This document shows positions 51,345 through 62,552 of a DNA stretch of 64,000 nt, piece after piece. The position numbers and the translations under genes were made by a program. The first letter of the stretch is position 1, and each line of letters begins with the position of its first letter. The stretch is from the NCBI GenBank assembly GCA_008632985.1, contig QPGO01000003.1:558001-622000 (forward strand), written 5' to 3'. This DNA comes from Psammoneis japonica. Lineage: Eukaryota. The notes beneath the pieces were generated by a model that saw nothing but the letters and a program-made list of their open reading frames with translations, ran no database searches and was not told the origin of the DNA.

Positions 51345-53650
51345 CGCTTTTCTCTCTGCACATCAGACACCCTCCACACTGTGTGTGCATGTGAAGAGTG
51401 TGAAATGATGTGCTGCTGTGCGCAAGCAGGCATCGCACCACCATTGTTGGAATTTGCTGACCAATCTAAGTTGGTCTCGCTTGTCCCAAACTCACCACAT
51501 AGATTGCAAACACTGCTCTGTGCCAGTTGCCATGTTGTCCTGTGGTGCACAAGCTAAAAAGTGAGCATGAGACCCATCTTCATGGTGATTTGCAAACATG
51601 GATGCACCACATCACCAACAATCATCAGTGTTGCTTTCACTTCAATGTTGTCTGTCTGTGCTCTAAAAGCTGCATTGTGCTCCAATGTTCCAACATGCTG
51701 CTCCTTTGCATGAGCAATCAGTTGATTGGCCTTGTGTGCATCAGCCAAAGAAGGACAAGCAACAGCAGGATGCCACACCACCTGACACCATGATGACTGC
51801 TTTGTTGAGATCCAGCATGGCTCACTTCATCTGACTTTGCCAACAAATGACCATTGCTGTCATTGAACAAAGGACAGCCCTTCTCTGCATGCCCGACCTT
51901 GTTGCATTTCTAGCATGTGACTTGCTTCTTCTTGTGTTGCACAAAGCTTGTTTCCTTGAGTCTCTTGTTGGCTCTGCATGTGTCCAACACCTGTGGCGCC
52001 CCCTTCTTGGTCAATTGGGGTGGTTGTTGCCCCCCCCCCCCCCCCCAGTGTAAACTGCCAGTGTGGGTCCTTCAAGACATGTCAACATTCTTTTGCACCT
52101 TTTTCCATGAGCAGCACTGCCAACAAGTTGTTCCTCTTTTTCTTCTGGGTGTCCTCAGCATCCTTGCTGAGCCCATCTTCTTTCTTGGCAATTTCTTCTG
52201 AACTCTTTCTTCATCTTGACAATGCTCGTGAACTGATTGCAAAAATCTCAAAGTGCCTCACCTTTGTCCTGACAAATGAGTGTGAACAGCTTCCAAGCCT
52301 TGACAGCTTGAACACATGCAAGCAGATTCTCTCATGTTTGCATCAAACAACAAGGCCATCGACTTGAGAGTTTCTGGTGGTGCTGCCACACACCCCACTC
52401 CTTTGCAACCCTCACAAGCTCTGTCAATTCTTCAACCTTGTGATGGATGGCCTTTGCGCGCTGTCCCATCAGCCACAATTGCATTGAGTGCTTCTTGGCC
52501 TTTGGCATCTTGCAAATCACTTCCTGTTTCATGTGACAACAGCATGCTTTCCCCAGATTGCCTTGTTTTTCTCTGGCACACTTGTGCCTGATGGATGTTC
52601 TGGCTCCTCCTCTGATTTGTTCTCCTGCCTTGGAGATGCCAGCACCTGCATTTCTGGCCTGAACACTCCTCTTCCGACAAGATGCTTGCTTGTTTTCCTC
52701 GTGGTTCTCCATTTGTGTCCATCCGCCTGTTGGCCCAACTCAGCAATGGCATCATGCACCCACTTCTTTAAATCTTTTGTCCTTCCATGCTCAGTTGCAT
52801 CCTTGCCCATGTCAACGTTTCTCCTGACTGACACAACTTGTTTGCCATGCCCTCTTTCAGCAGAGGACCCCCCCAGCTTCCTGAGCACAGCAAGGTCCTC
52901 CAAAGAGATGGGCTGTTTCTTTGTTTGTTTCATCCAGCCAGCTTGTTTGCCACATCAACTGAACAAAAATTGTGCCTTTGAATTCTTGATGACTTCCCAG
53001 TCAGCCCTTTTTAGCTTCTGTGTTGGAGAATTTCATGCTTGCCGACCAGTCTGCGCTGGTCTTGTTTTGACCACTGAACTCGCTGCATGGATTGCAAACA
53101 CTGCTCTGTGCTGATTGCCATGCTTTCCTGGTGCAGAAGCAAAAAGTGAGCACAAGCAGACCTGCCTTCATGGTGACTCATGAATGTGGGCACACCACAT
53201 GACCAACAATCACACCAGCCAGCGTTGGCGGTGCTTGTTGTCTGTCTGTGCTGCTCGCAAAATGAGCCCATCCTCTGGATGCTCCAAGAACCAGCCATGG
53301 CTCTGACCTGTTTGTTTCCATGGTGGTTGTTGTGCAAAAAATGCGCAAATGACATGGCAAGCATGCTGATCTGAAATGCTGGAGCATGTGCACTCAATCC
53401 AGCAAAGTTTGTGTGGCAAGCAGCAGAGGATGGGCTCACAAGCTGTTGTTTGCAGCAAGAAAAGCCATTTGAGATGTCAGCACGGAAGCTGACAGGGGCA
53501 CTGCTGATGAAGCGAAATGAATGCTGATGCAGTGATGATGAGGACGAGGCAACATGTTGTGGATGAGAGCAAGCAGCAATGCAACCATCCGAACCTGATG
53601 GTCATGTTGTGGTGCGTCATGCATCTTTCTCTTTCTTTTTCCAGTTTTCA
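51345..53650. repeat. TpA/CpG-depleted decayed repeat block with an internal diverged direct repeat
   Basis: Near absence of TA; 51500-51700 is similar to 53088-53290. Confidence 0.7.
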
Positions 53651-53756
53651 CGTTAACGCGCGCATCGCACATTATTTGCATCATCAATCATTTCATCATC
53701 TCGAGTTCTTTTTCACAACTGCACCTGGCACCTGCCCCGGAGAGAACCGCAGCACC

Positions 53757-54278
53757 ATGTCTACCAATGAACCTAATAAAGACGCAACAACCTCGGCCGT
53801 GTCACCCTCGGAAGCATTGACGAATTGGTGAGAATCCATAAAAAGAATTCTAACTTGAATAGCGTGAGTGATGGGGTGCATATGTTGACTTTCGCAATCC
53901 AACACGTTGTGCTGTCCGTCCGTAATGCCAAAACCTACTGTAGCCTCTTGTCGCAATATCGATTTTGTGCCGGTGGAGTAGGTTTGGGAACTGCATATGG
54001 GATAAAATATTCCAAGGGCGCCATGCCATTGGTGGTGAGTACTCCAGAGAAACTGATGTAAATGCAAGCTCTTGCGTAACGTGTACAATGATTCTTAAGG
54101 TCAATGAACTGATTTTGACGTCGTCTTTTGTTGGAAAACCTCTCAACGTTGGATATCGGTTTATTCTCTTTCATAGGTTGGAGGAATCGCTGGAACGCTT
54201 TCTGACTTTGTCTATGGTTACACTGTTGCATGCGCTGAGGAGGCCCGTGCTTATGAGGAAGAGAAAGGGCTTCGATAG
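53757..54278 (+). CDS. Small 87-aa membrane protein, 3 exons (53757-53827, 53944-54034, 54177-54278)
   Basis: GT-AG introns join in frame to give MSTNEPNKDATTSAVSPSEALTNCLLSQYRFCAGGVGLGTAYGIKYSKGAMPLVVGGIAGTLSDFVYGYTVACAEEARAYEEEKGLR; two Gly-rich hydrophobic segments. Confidence 0.7.
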
Positions 54279-54333
54279 CGGTTTGTAAGTCTGTATAAAA
54301 TTATAACTAGCGAGAGAGCGGGACACTTTTGTT

Positions 54334-55335
54334 TTAGGAAAAGTTTCGAAAGGCTCCCTTTGCAAACTTTGCACCAGCATACTTTAAACTCTTTACAAAT
54401 CCCGCAGTGACAATGCCCTTTATGCTTTGATTTCGAGCCGCAGGAGCAACAATGGAAACCAACGCCGATGCCAAATGCTGTCGTGTCATTATTTCTGACT
54501 TGTTGTCGGAACGGAGTCGCCTTGGAAGCTTGTTCCACAGTGCCCTCTTTCCCGATATTGTCGCATCCCATTCAATCGTTTCTCCCGATAATGTGACCAA
54601 TCCTTGTTGTTGCAATCGTTTTAGCGGTTCCTTGTACAAGGCATGAAATCGATCGAGTTGTCCGGGAGAGTCAACCAGTTTTGCCACCTTGTCGGGATCC
54701 TCGCCTCCCACATTCATTCGAATGTCTCCAGCATACGAAATATTGGCAATTTGTTTATAGAGTTCTTTTCGTACGATGCTACCACCATCGGATAACAACA
54801 GGGACGCGGCAAGCGCAAACGGTAAATTGCAATTTTCTTGCAAATCTTGAATTTCATCGTCTTGTGTAATGACCAATGTCGGTTTGTGCATGCGCCCCGC
54901 TAAATACAAGTACTCCCATTCTCGTAAATCCAACTTTAGTTCTTGCGTTTGAACAACGCCGTACTTGATGAGACGATCATGTCTGGATGACGCGGGTGAC
55001 TGCACCAAGGCGTGAAAAAACACTCCCGCTCCATAATTTCGTTGCACGGCTGCACAAAAACTACCTCCCAACAGTCGACAAGGACCTGAATAATGATTTG
55101 GGTGTCGCCGTATATTTTCACTATGCCATTCTTTTGCGTCTTTTACAACCAAAATCAAATCCAACATGGGAGAAGGAGCCTCCTTTGTATCGTTGTTGGT
55201 ATTCAATAATTGTTGAGTAAAGACGCCCGAGCCGTAGCCAAACGAATGAACAATTCCCCTGGGAAACGACTCGACAATCTCTTGCAGCTCCGCATTATCA
55301 GCCAGCTGTCCTTTAGAATCATTTCTCATAGACAT
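54334..55335 (-). CDS. TAM41: Mitochondrial phosphatidate cytidylyltransferase Tam41/Mmp37
   Basis: FGYGSGVF, MLDLILVV, WHSENI..HPNHYS, IKYGVV, DL.EWEYLYLAGRMHKP, ISYAGDIRM. Confidence 0.93.
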   Translation of the reverse strand: MSMRNDSKGQLADNAELQEIVESFPRGIVHSFGYGSGVFTQQLLNTNNDTKEAPSPMLDLILVVKDAKEWHSENIRRHPNHYSGPCRLLGGSFCAAVQRNYGAGVFFHALVQSPASSRHDRLIKYGVVQTQELKLDLREWEYLYLAGRMHKPTLVITQDDEIQDLQENCNLPFALAASLLLSDGGSIVRKELYKQIANISYAGDIRMNVGGEDPDKVAKLVDSPGQLDRFHALYKEPLKRLQQQGLVTLSGETIEWDATISGKRALWNKLPRRLRSDNKSEIMTRQHLASALVSIVAPAARNQSIKGIVTAGFVKSLKYAGAKFAKGAFRNFS

Positions 55336-55755
55336 TATTTTTTGAATGGTGGTGGAATCAAAAAATCGTCGTTTTGGTGTGTCTGGACTGATGTCAATTG
55401 TTCAATACGCGATGAAATTGAGGAGTCTGCTCAAACGCAGCTGTAAAAAATGCGACAAGCCTCACTGACACATTTCGCCTTCAATCGCCATCGACCGCAC
55501 CTCCGATGATGACAAGCATGCACTATTTATTTTTTACGAAACACTTCCCACGTCCCTCTTCCATCTACCGGTATCATCTATCCCAGCCTTCAAGATTTCA
55601 AGACGCAATGCAGCATGCACACAAGAATAGTCTACAGGCAGTACCTCGTACCGCTTCACAGCTAGCTTGAACTTTTGAAGCACGGGATCTTTCGCTCGGC
55701 GACTACTACTGTACTCGTAGGGCCTAGGCCCTACGTACTCGCATGTGAATCCGTA

Positions 55756-56255
55756 CCGGAGGTATGTAAATAGTAGCGAAGTATTTTTGCTATTGAAAAA
55801 TCTCGACACCAAAAATACTTATCGAAAATCGGCTTTCGTCAGTCACTAAAACACACCCAGTTGCAGCGACTGACGAAAGCCTTTTTTCGATATCTTCAGT
55901 TGTAAGAGCTGTAGAGCAAGAGCAAAGTATAGAAACAAGGTGTCCCATAAGTAATTTATATAGTATACAATCCTGTATGAGATTTCGGAACTCCGGATTA
56001 AATGTCAAATTTATGATACGACTAATGTTTGTATATAAATACAAAAATCAATTAGAAAAAGGCGAATATAACCGTTATTTTTCCTTAAATAAATACCAAA
56101 TTTTCAACGACAAACATTCGCTTTCCGCTCACTCCGACCGATACAACATGCGTTTGACCTTGTTCAGCTCGTCGAGAGCTTTCCACCGATATATGGGTCT
56201 TGGGGTCTGCGAGGCGATCCTGAAAAAAAGTTCGCTACTATTCACATACCTCCGG
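55756..56255. mobile_element. 500-bp Tc1/mariner-type MITE with TA target-site duplication
   Basis: 25-bp TIRs CCGGAGGTATGTAAATAGTAGCGAA (55756-55780) and TTCGCTACTATTCACATACCTCCGG (56231-56255), 1 mismatch, flanked by TA on both sides. AT-rich non-coding interior. Confidence 0.85.
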
Positions 56256-56672
56256 TAAAGAAGATCGAATCATCCAAGATCGAATCCCGGGACTCAAATT
56301 TCGCTTACAGTACAGTTAGTTACGGTAGTACTGTATTGACTCATCTTTCTTTGTCATATTGAAAGTCGTGTGCGCGACCCAAGTAGAGTGAGTACTACAA
56401 CTCACCCATTTCATTAAGATATCGCGCGTGCGTGCGTGTCGGTATCTTTGCTGCCAACTGCCACTTTTTGAATTTCAATACATTTTTCCTCATTATCGTA
56501 GACAATCATTCATTTCAAATTGGTTTGGCCAATCAAGACACTTCTTTTTTTCAAATCAGCGGACAAAGCTACCTATGATTGGAGATGTGCGCTGTCATTT
56601 TTTTGTTTCCGCTGCAAAAGCAGACAAGATCTCACTCTACCTTAGACTATTTTCCCTGCCCAACACATAAAG

Positions 56673-58177
56673 ATGAGCAGGAGGAGAGCAGCAATTTTAT
56701 GCGCTTACTTTGTCACCTCAACGGTTGTGCTATTTCGCTCCCTTACGCTCATTTTGAATCGAGACTACGCAACAACAAATGATGTGACGGTTGAGCAGCC
56801 TTTGCTTAGAAGAATCATCAACAAGAACCGTGACACTACGCATCCGAGTGATATCCGTAAGAATGTGTCGCTCGAAGAACAAGAAGCGCGTTGGTACGAA
56901 TTTCAACAAGACTATCACAGACGATATCAACGTCAAGCTCCAGACACGCTCAAGCCATGGTTGAACTATGCTGTTGAAAAGCAATGCGAAACCACAAGGT
57001 TCTACGATACCATTCATCAGCACCTGGAATACTTTCGCAACTCGCCGTCACTCTCACTCGACAGGGTGGTTCCGGAAGCCACAAATTATACAAACTATTT
57101 TATCGCGTTTTCTCTCGAAAACAATACATTGACAGTGGAAAAGTGGGGAGGAGGCCATGGCGATCGTTTTGACAGAAAACAAGAAAAGACAGAGAGACTA
57201 TTGCGCTACTTGTTTGATCCTATTGTGGAGCACAAGCCACCGATTAAAACCAAGTTTGTCATTAATCTTCACGACAAGGGCAAGGCACCAATCGATGGAA
57301 AGTATCCAATCTTTTCCTGGGATCATCAGCTCAAGAATCCCAATCAAGGTTCCACGTATGAGAATCCGATCGATTGGTCTGACGAATTAAAACCCGAAAA
57401 GACCAATCGCGACCTCTTGATTCCGTACAAGGGCAACATTCACAGAAAAGGCACCAGCATTGCGGATGAACGGCCCGAGGGACCCCATTGGGACAATCGT
57501 GATGACCTTATCATATGGAGAGGTTCGCCAACGTCCAAGTGGGGTAGTGGCCCCAGGTTCCAAATGATTGAAACGTATGCTGGGAAGAGTGCTCATCCTA
57601 TTGCTCCGAACTCTTCTGTCATTGCTGATTTCGCTTTTGTTACGAACAACCCCCGTATTCTGGAACCGAAATATCGAGTCGCAGACCGGATTACGTACGA
57701 CGATATTCAAAAGCATAAGTATGTATTGGATGTGGATGGTGTTGGTGAGTTGAAGACACGTAATGATTTGTTTATCTTGATACAGTATTCTAAATTGTTG
57801 TAATTATTTTCTCATTACTTTCTCTCGCCTTTTCCAATTTCGCAGCTTTCACAGAACGCTTTCCCAAGCTCTTGTATTCGGGATGCCTCGTATTCAAGTC
57901 TACCGCCTATCAAGAATGGTTTTCCGAGCGGGTGGTTCCCTGGGTAGATTACATTCCTGTCAAGTACGACCAGAGCGACTTGGTGGAAAAGGTCGAATGG
58001 GCCCATGCTCATCCCGAGATTGCTGCGCGCATTACAAACCACGCGAGATCAAGAGTGGAAAAGCATCTGCGACAAGAAGATCAACACTGTTATACCTACA
58101 GACTGCTACTGGAGTATGCTGATCTCTTTCAACAACAACAACAAAGCAACAGCCCGATTTCACAAAGCGAATCTTAG
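56673..58177 (+). CDS. Glycosyltransferase family 90 (CAP10/POGLUT-like) type II membrane protein, intron 57745-57845
   Basis: N-terminal TM; IWRGSPT; spliced KHKYVLDVDGVAFTERFPKLL; YQEWFSERVVPWVDYIPV; CYTYRLLLEY. Confidence 0.88.
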
Positions 58178-58713
58178 CCTCAGTTGCCGTGCTGTAAGTC
58201 TATCTATCTTTTCTTTGATTTGCTTTATTTGCTTGCGCTTAAAAAATACAACAGCACGGCGACCCGTTTCAATCAATCTTAGAGATCTTTTAAGGGGGGT
58301 CATCCCCGCGTTTATCCTAAAATTACCGTTGCATTTGAATAAGGTTTTTTATAGTGTTTATTTTTGAATACAAGAATTATTCATAGTCACACCCGATCGC
58401 GCACGAAAACGAGAACCATCAGCACCGCGACCGAAGCACGACGATGATGACAATCATCGATATTTCTCAAAAACGTAGTTTGCCGTCTACCAACTTTTCA
58501 TGTATATACAATCTTTGTTACATAACAAACATAAAATAAATGAGAGTTGGTAGACGGACCACCTCCGTCACAGACTTATGGCTTGTTGTTTTCACCACGG
58601 TGAAGCACGGTGAAATTCAGGAAAAATCATGCAAAACACGAGCTATTCGGCCGAATTCGAGCTAAAAAAAGTAGCAACCGACCACCCTTTTAAATAAAAT
58701 ATACTCCATTGGT

Positions 58714-59835
58714 ATGATGGAAGGCATGGTAAGTTTGTGTCGTCTCGTCTCGTCTCTTCTCATTTCGAGTGTTGTATGCGGTGTGCCATAAGTGCTGCTG
58801 TTGTTCTAACTCCCATTGGCTGCCTTGCTGTGTGATCATTTGACAGCAAACACTCGGCAGTGGTTGCAGCAACGTCGCTGGCTTTTGGGATTCTGTCAAC
58901 GCACGCAGCTCAATCTCTGCTGCTGGTGTCGGTTTGCCGCCACCACCTCCGTCGCCGGACAAGCTTCCCCAGGGCTGGAGAGTGGCATACGACAGTACCC
59001 GTAACAAACCGTATTATTGCAACAACGCAACTGGGGAAGCAAGGTGGGACAAGCCCCCGCCTCCGACTGTGCCTCCGACTGTGCCTCCGACTGTGCCTCC
59101 GACTGCGCCTCTTCCTCCGTCCCAACAAGCCCCCACTCAAGGCTGGAGTGAGCACTGTGACACCACCAGTAACAGGATGTTCTATGTCAGTGCCATTGCG
59201 GGAGAAGCTAGCTGGGAAAGCCGCAACGTGTTGTCCAGCCTCCGCCTCCGGTTGTCCAGCCTCCGCCTCCGGTCCCTCATGTCCACGCTGCCCAAGATTG
59301 GAGGCAATGTTATGATCGCAACAGTGGCAAGCCGTATTGCTGCAATGAAGCCACGGGGAAAAGTAGTTGGACCAATCCCAGTCCAGTTCCGACCACAACT
59401 CCTCCACCGCAAGTGGTTCGACCAGCTCCGATGCCACCTGTGCCACCACAAGCACACCGTCCTGTGCCGCAGGCGCCGTTGCCGCCTACCTTGCCAGAAC
59501 AGCTTCCCCAAGGCTGGACGGAATGTGCTGATGCAGCCAGTGGCAAGCCCTTCTATCACAATTCTACAACAGGTGATGTGACATGGGAAAAGCCGCAGCG
59601 GGTGTTAGAGCATACAAATGCTCCTCCTCCAACTCCGACTTCTTTGCCTGCTCAATCAGCTTCCGCTCCGCTATCATCCCAGCAGACCAATGCGGAGGTG
59701 CCTTGCGTCTCTGCAACCCAAACAATGGTTGGGCATGTTACTCCCCAAGATGGAGCTTCGGTTACTTCAACCCCCTTGGATGTCTTGGCAGATTCAGCAG
59801 AATTGTCTTCCACTCCGTCAGACTCGCCCAAATAG
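58714..59835 (+). pseudogene. Proline-rich protein with four WW domains; 1-nt frameshift near 59218 (pseudogene or assembly error); intron 58729-58846
   Basis: WW motifs LPQGWRVAYD..PYYCN..W, GWSEHCD..FYVS..W, DWRQCYD..PYCCN..W, LPQGWTECAD..FYHN..WEKP. TGGGAAAGCCG lacks one A relative to TGGGAAAAGCCG in repeat 4. Confidence 0.7.
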
Positions 59836-60426
59836 TTAGTCGGAGGTACAAACAACTTACCGGTACAGCTCATTACCATCCCCACTTGTGAGTGCTCTGC
59901 GTATGGTAGTACTGTTGCACAAGTGCGTACTTCATTGAATTCTTCTACTTCGGCGTTTCGAGTCAAGCAAGTTTCTTTTTTAGTGGTGGCTAAAAATAGT
60001 CCGACACTTGTATTGTAAAATCTTTGACAGGCAATCGCTGTTGCTCTAGCTTCTATTTAGACAATTACTAGTAGTGGTAGCTAATAGCTACTAGTCGAGA
60101 GGAGAGCACCACTAAGTAGTAGCAGCTAATGGCTACTAGCTAGCTACTAGAGCAACTCTCTAGCTCTAGAGAGTAGAGTAGTGCCGATACAATGCACTAT
60201 ATTGCGCTAACACGAGATTTGTCTTCAAGTACTGCCAAAAAATTATTACTGGTCTTGGGGTTTAGGAATTTGTGTAGGTTCTCTACCATTTTTTGTTCAG
60301 TAGAAGCGTACGACTTGGCCAGTACTGATGAATAATACGCGCTCTATTCTACACTGCGCTATTCTACACCACACTACAACACGACAATCCAAATCTACAG
60401 CTAATACAAGTTCTACCTGTTACAAT

Positions 60427-61432
60427 CTAGACTTGGTAGCCGCAGTGGCGGTACGCGGACTCCACATCCGTGTGTGTGAATGCCCGCATGATGGCTGCGG
60501 CATGGTAGGCCACACGGTCCTGACCCCAGAAAAGGCGGTCGTCCAAACTAGCAGACAAAAGGCGTTGCACAAGATAGTTCCACAGTAGCTCAATTGGGTT
60601 CATCTCAGGGGCTCGGGGTGGGAGGAGCACCAGACCAACTCGAAAGTTGTCCCACAACCACATCATAAGGCTTCAAAAAGCCTGACACAATGGCCTTTTC
60701 AACAGCAATAGAAAAGTCCACAGAATCATTGGTATCTTGATTTAGACAGAAAAAGAATGGGTCGGTAGACTGGTCGACACCACAGAAGCCAACAATGTTG
60801 TAAACATTGCGGAAGTCAGAGTCCGTCGTAATGGATGGCGGAGATTTTTCATCAGTAAACTTGATACGCCGGTGGTCAAGTTGCATGATCAATCGAAGAT
60901 ATTCAATGGCTCTTTCAACATTGTCGGGTCTGAATTTATCAATTGGGACCAAGTTTGGTTTCCTCAAAGTAGCAGAATGTGGAAAGCCATAAAGCAACAC
61001 ACGAGATATTGTACTTTGTGATACAAGTGTTCCAGTACAACGAAAGAGTTCCGTCTGGTAGCTTCTTAGCGTCCGGGAAGGGTTCTCGCGATAAAGCGCG
61101 ATCAAGCAAACAGCGTCGTCCGAGTCGAGCGTCAGTGCTCCCGACCCCCTGTGTCTCAAAGGCTTTTGATAGTAAGGATCAATGAGCCCCTCTTCACTCT
61201 GAAGCTCCATAATAACCTTCTTGGCCCACTTGTCACTGACTTTCGCTACTCGTCCAAGCTCCGCCCACGACGGCTCCGATTCGTCCTCGTTGCGGTCACA
61301 CAGCTCCTCGTACTTCTCCACCAATTCTATCTTCTTTAGGATATCGTAGGGAACACCATTTCGATACACACCGCCGTTTACATTGTGGGATAGTCCCAAG
61401 GCGGCGACGGCATGCGAAGAAATACCGGCCAT
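60427..61432 (-). mobile_element. Tc1/IS630-like DDE transposase pseudogene
   Basis: HTH region, IKFTDEK, C-terminal LPPRAPEMNPIELLW. Frameshift near 60650 and an apparent internal deletion after FTDEKS. No TIRs found. Confidence 0.8.
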
Positions 61433-61904
61433 AGTGTTGTCGCCTTCAAAACAACACGAAAAACGAGCGCTTTATGCAGACAATGCAAGCGTCTCGCTAA
61501 CGAGTTTGAAAGTTTTGAAGTGATAATATTGACGTTGATATAAAGCGACAAACGATGAAAGCCTTTGATGGAGCGAAAAGAAGGCCGTATTATGACAAAA
61601 GACGGCAAATGACCGCCATGGAGGCAGAATTCGCCCTTTTTGCAACCGCGAAAAAAAATCTCGCGCGTGATGCGGGAGCTCTGCTCGAAAAAAGTCGCTC
61701 GAACGGTTGCGCGCGATAGATAAGAGATGCTTCACGGCTCGCGCGCTCAGGTAGTTCCTAGGCCCTAGGCCCTACTGTACAGTACGCCGCAACAGCCAAC
61801 ACAGCTTCAGCTGACAGCTTGCAAAAGAGAACAGCAGCAACAGGAAACTCCAAAACGATATTCTCTTATCCATTAGCTCATACAGTACCAGTTATACCAC
61901 CACC

Positions 61905-62552
61905 ATGACTGACAGTAATGGCATTGAAAGTGAACAACAGGATGGTGTTGAAGTTTCAGAAGGAAAACCGCTTCCAATTGCCACACGTGGACGGAAAGAA
62001 TCTGCCGGTGTCACGACTGGCGGACCCATTAAGAATCCAGGTCGCAAAGAGTCTCATGGCTTGACTGCAGCCTCAATGGCACCACCGACTCGTAAAAGGC
62101 AACCAGTACCACCACCAGCAGCAGCCGAAGTGGCGACCAAGGAAGAAGACCCGTCGACTACCAAATCCTCCTCCCCCGACGAAGGCAGCAAGTCTCTCGA
62201 GGTCCCCGCTCCTCGTGTTGTGCAAAATCCGTTTGGTGTCGAAGACATTAGCAACAAAATTATTCACGAAGGAATGCTCGGTATCAACTTGCTAACCAAA
62301 CGTTACTTTGTTTTGTATGGAAGCGGTACGGTGTACTTGTACAAGAGCGAGGCACAAAAGGAAAAAAGCAGCACGGCGGAGCAACTGACGAACCGACTCT
62401 TGACCATTACACCTGCAGCGCAGAAGAAAATAAAGGGACAGCATTGGGTCACCTTTCATTTTGACAATGGCTCGACGAAACATTACAAAACGTCAAGTGT
62501 GGAAGATCAACAACAATGGGTTGATGCTGGCAATCGAGTCAAGGCGTCTTGA
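61905..62552 (+). CDS. PH-domain protein with disordered N-terminus
   Basis: IIHEGML...KRYFVL...VYLYKSE...HYKTSSVEDQQQWVDA fits the PH pattern. Confidence 0.75.
   Translation: MTDSNGIESEQQDGVEVSEGKPLPIATRGRKESAGVTTGGPIKNPGRKESHGLTAASMAPPTRKRQPVPPPAAAEVATKEEDPSTTKSSSPDEGSKSLEVPAPRVVQNPFGVEDISNKIIHEGMLGINLLTKRYFVLYGSGTVYLYKSEAQKEKSSTAEQLTNRLLTITPAAQKKIKGQHWVTFHFDNGSTKHYKTSSVEDQQQWVDAGNRVKAS

Noticed and set aside
58483..58557. Short hairpin CCGTCTACCAACT...AGTTGGTAGACGG
   Set aside because: Real inverted repeat but only ~75 bp with no clear TSD; cannot be supported as an ncRNA or MITE.
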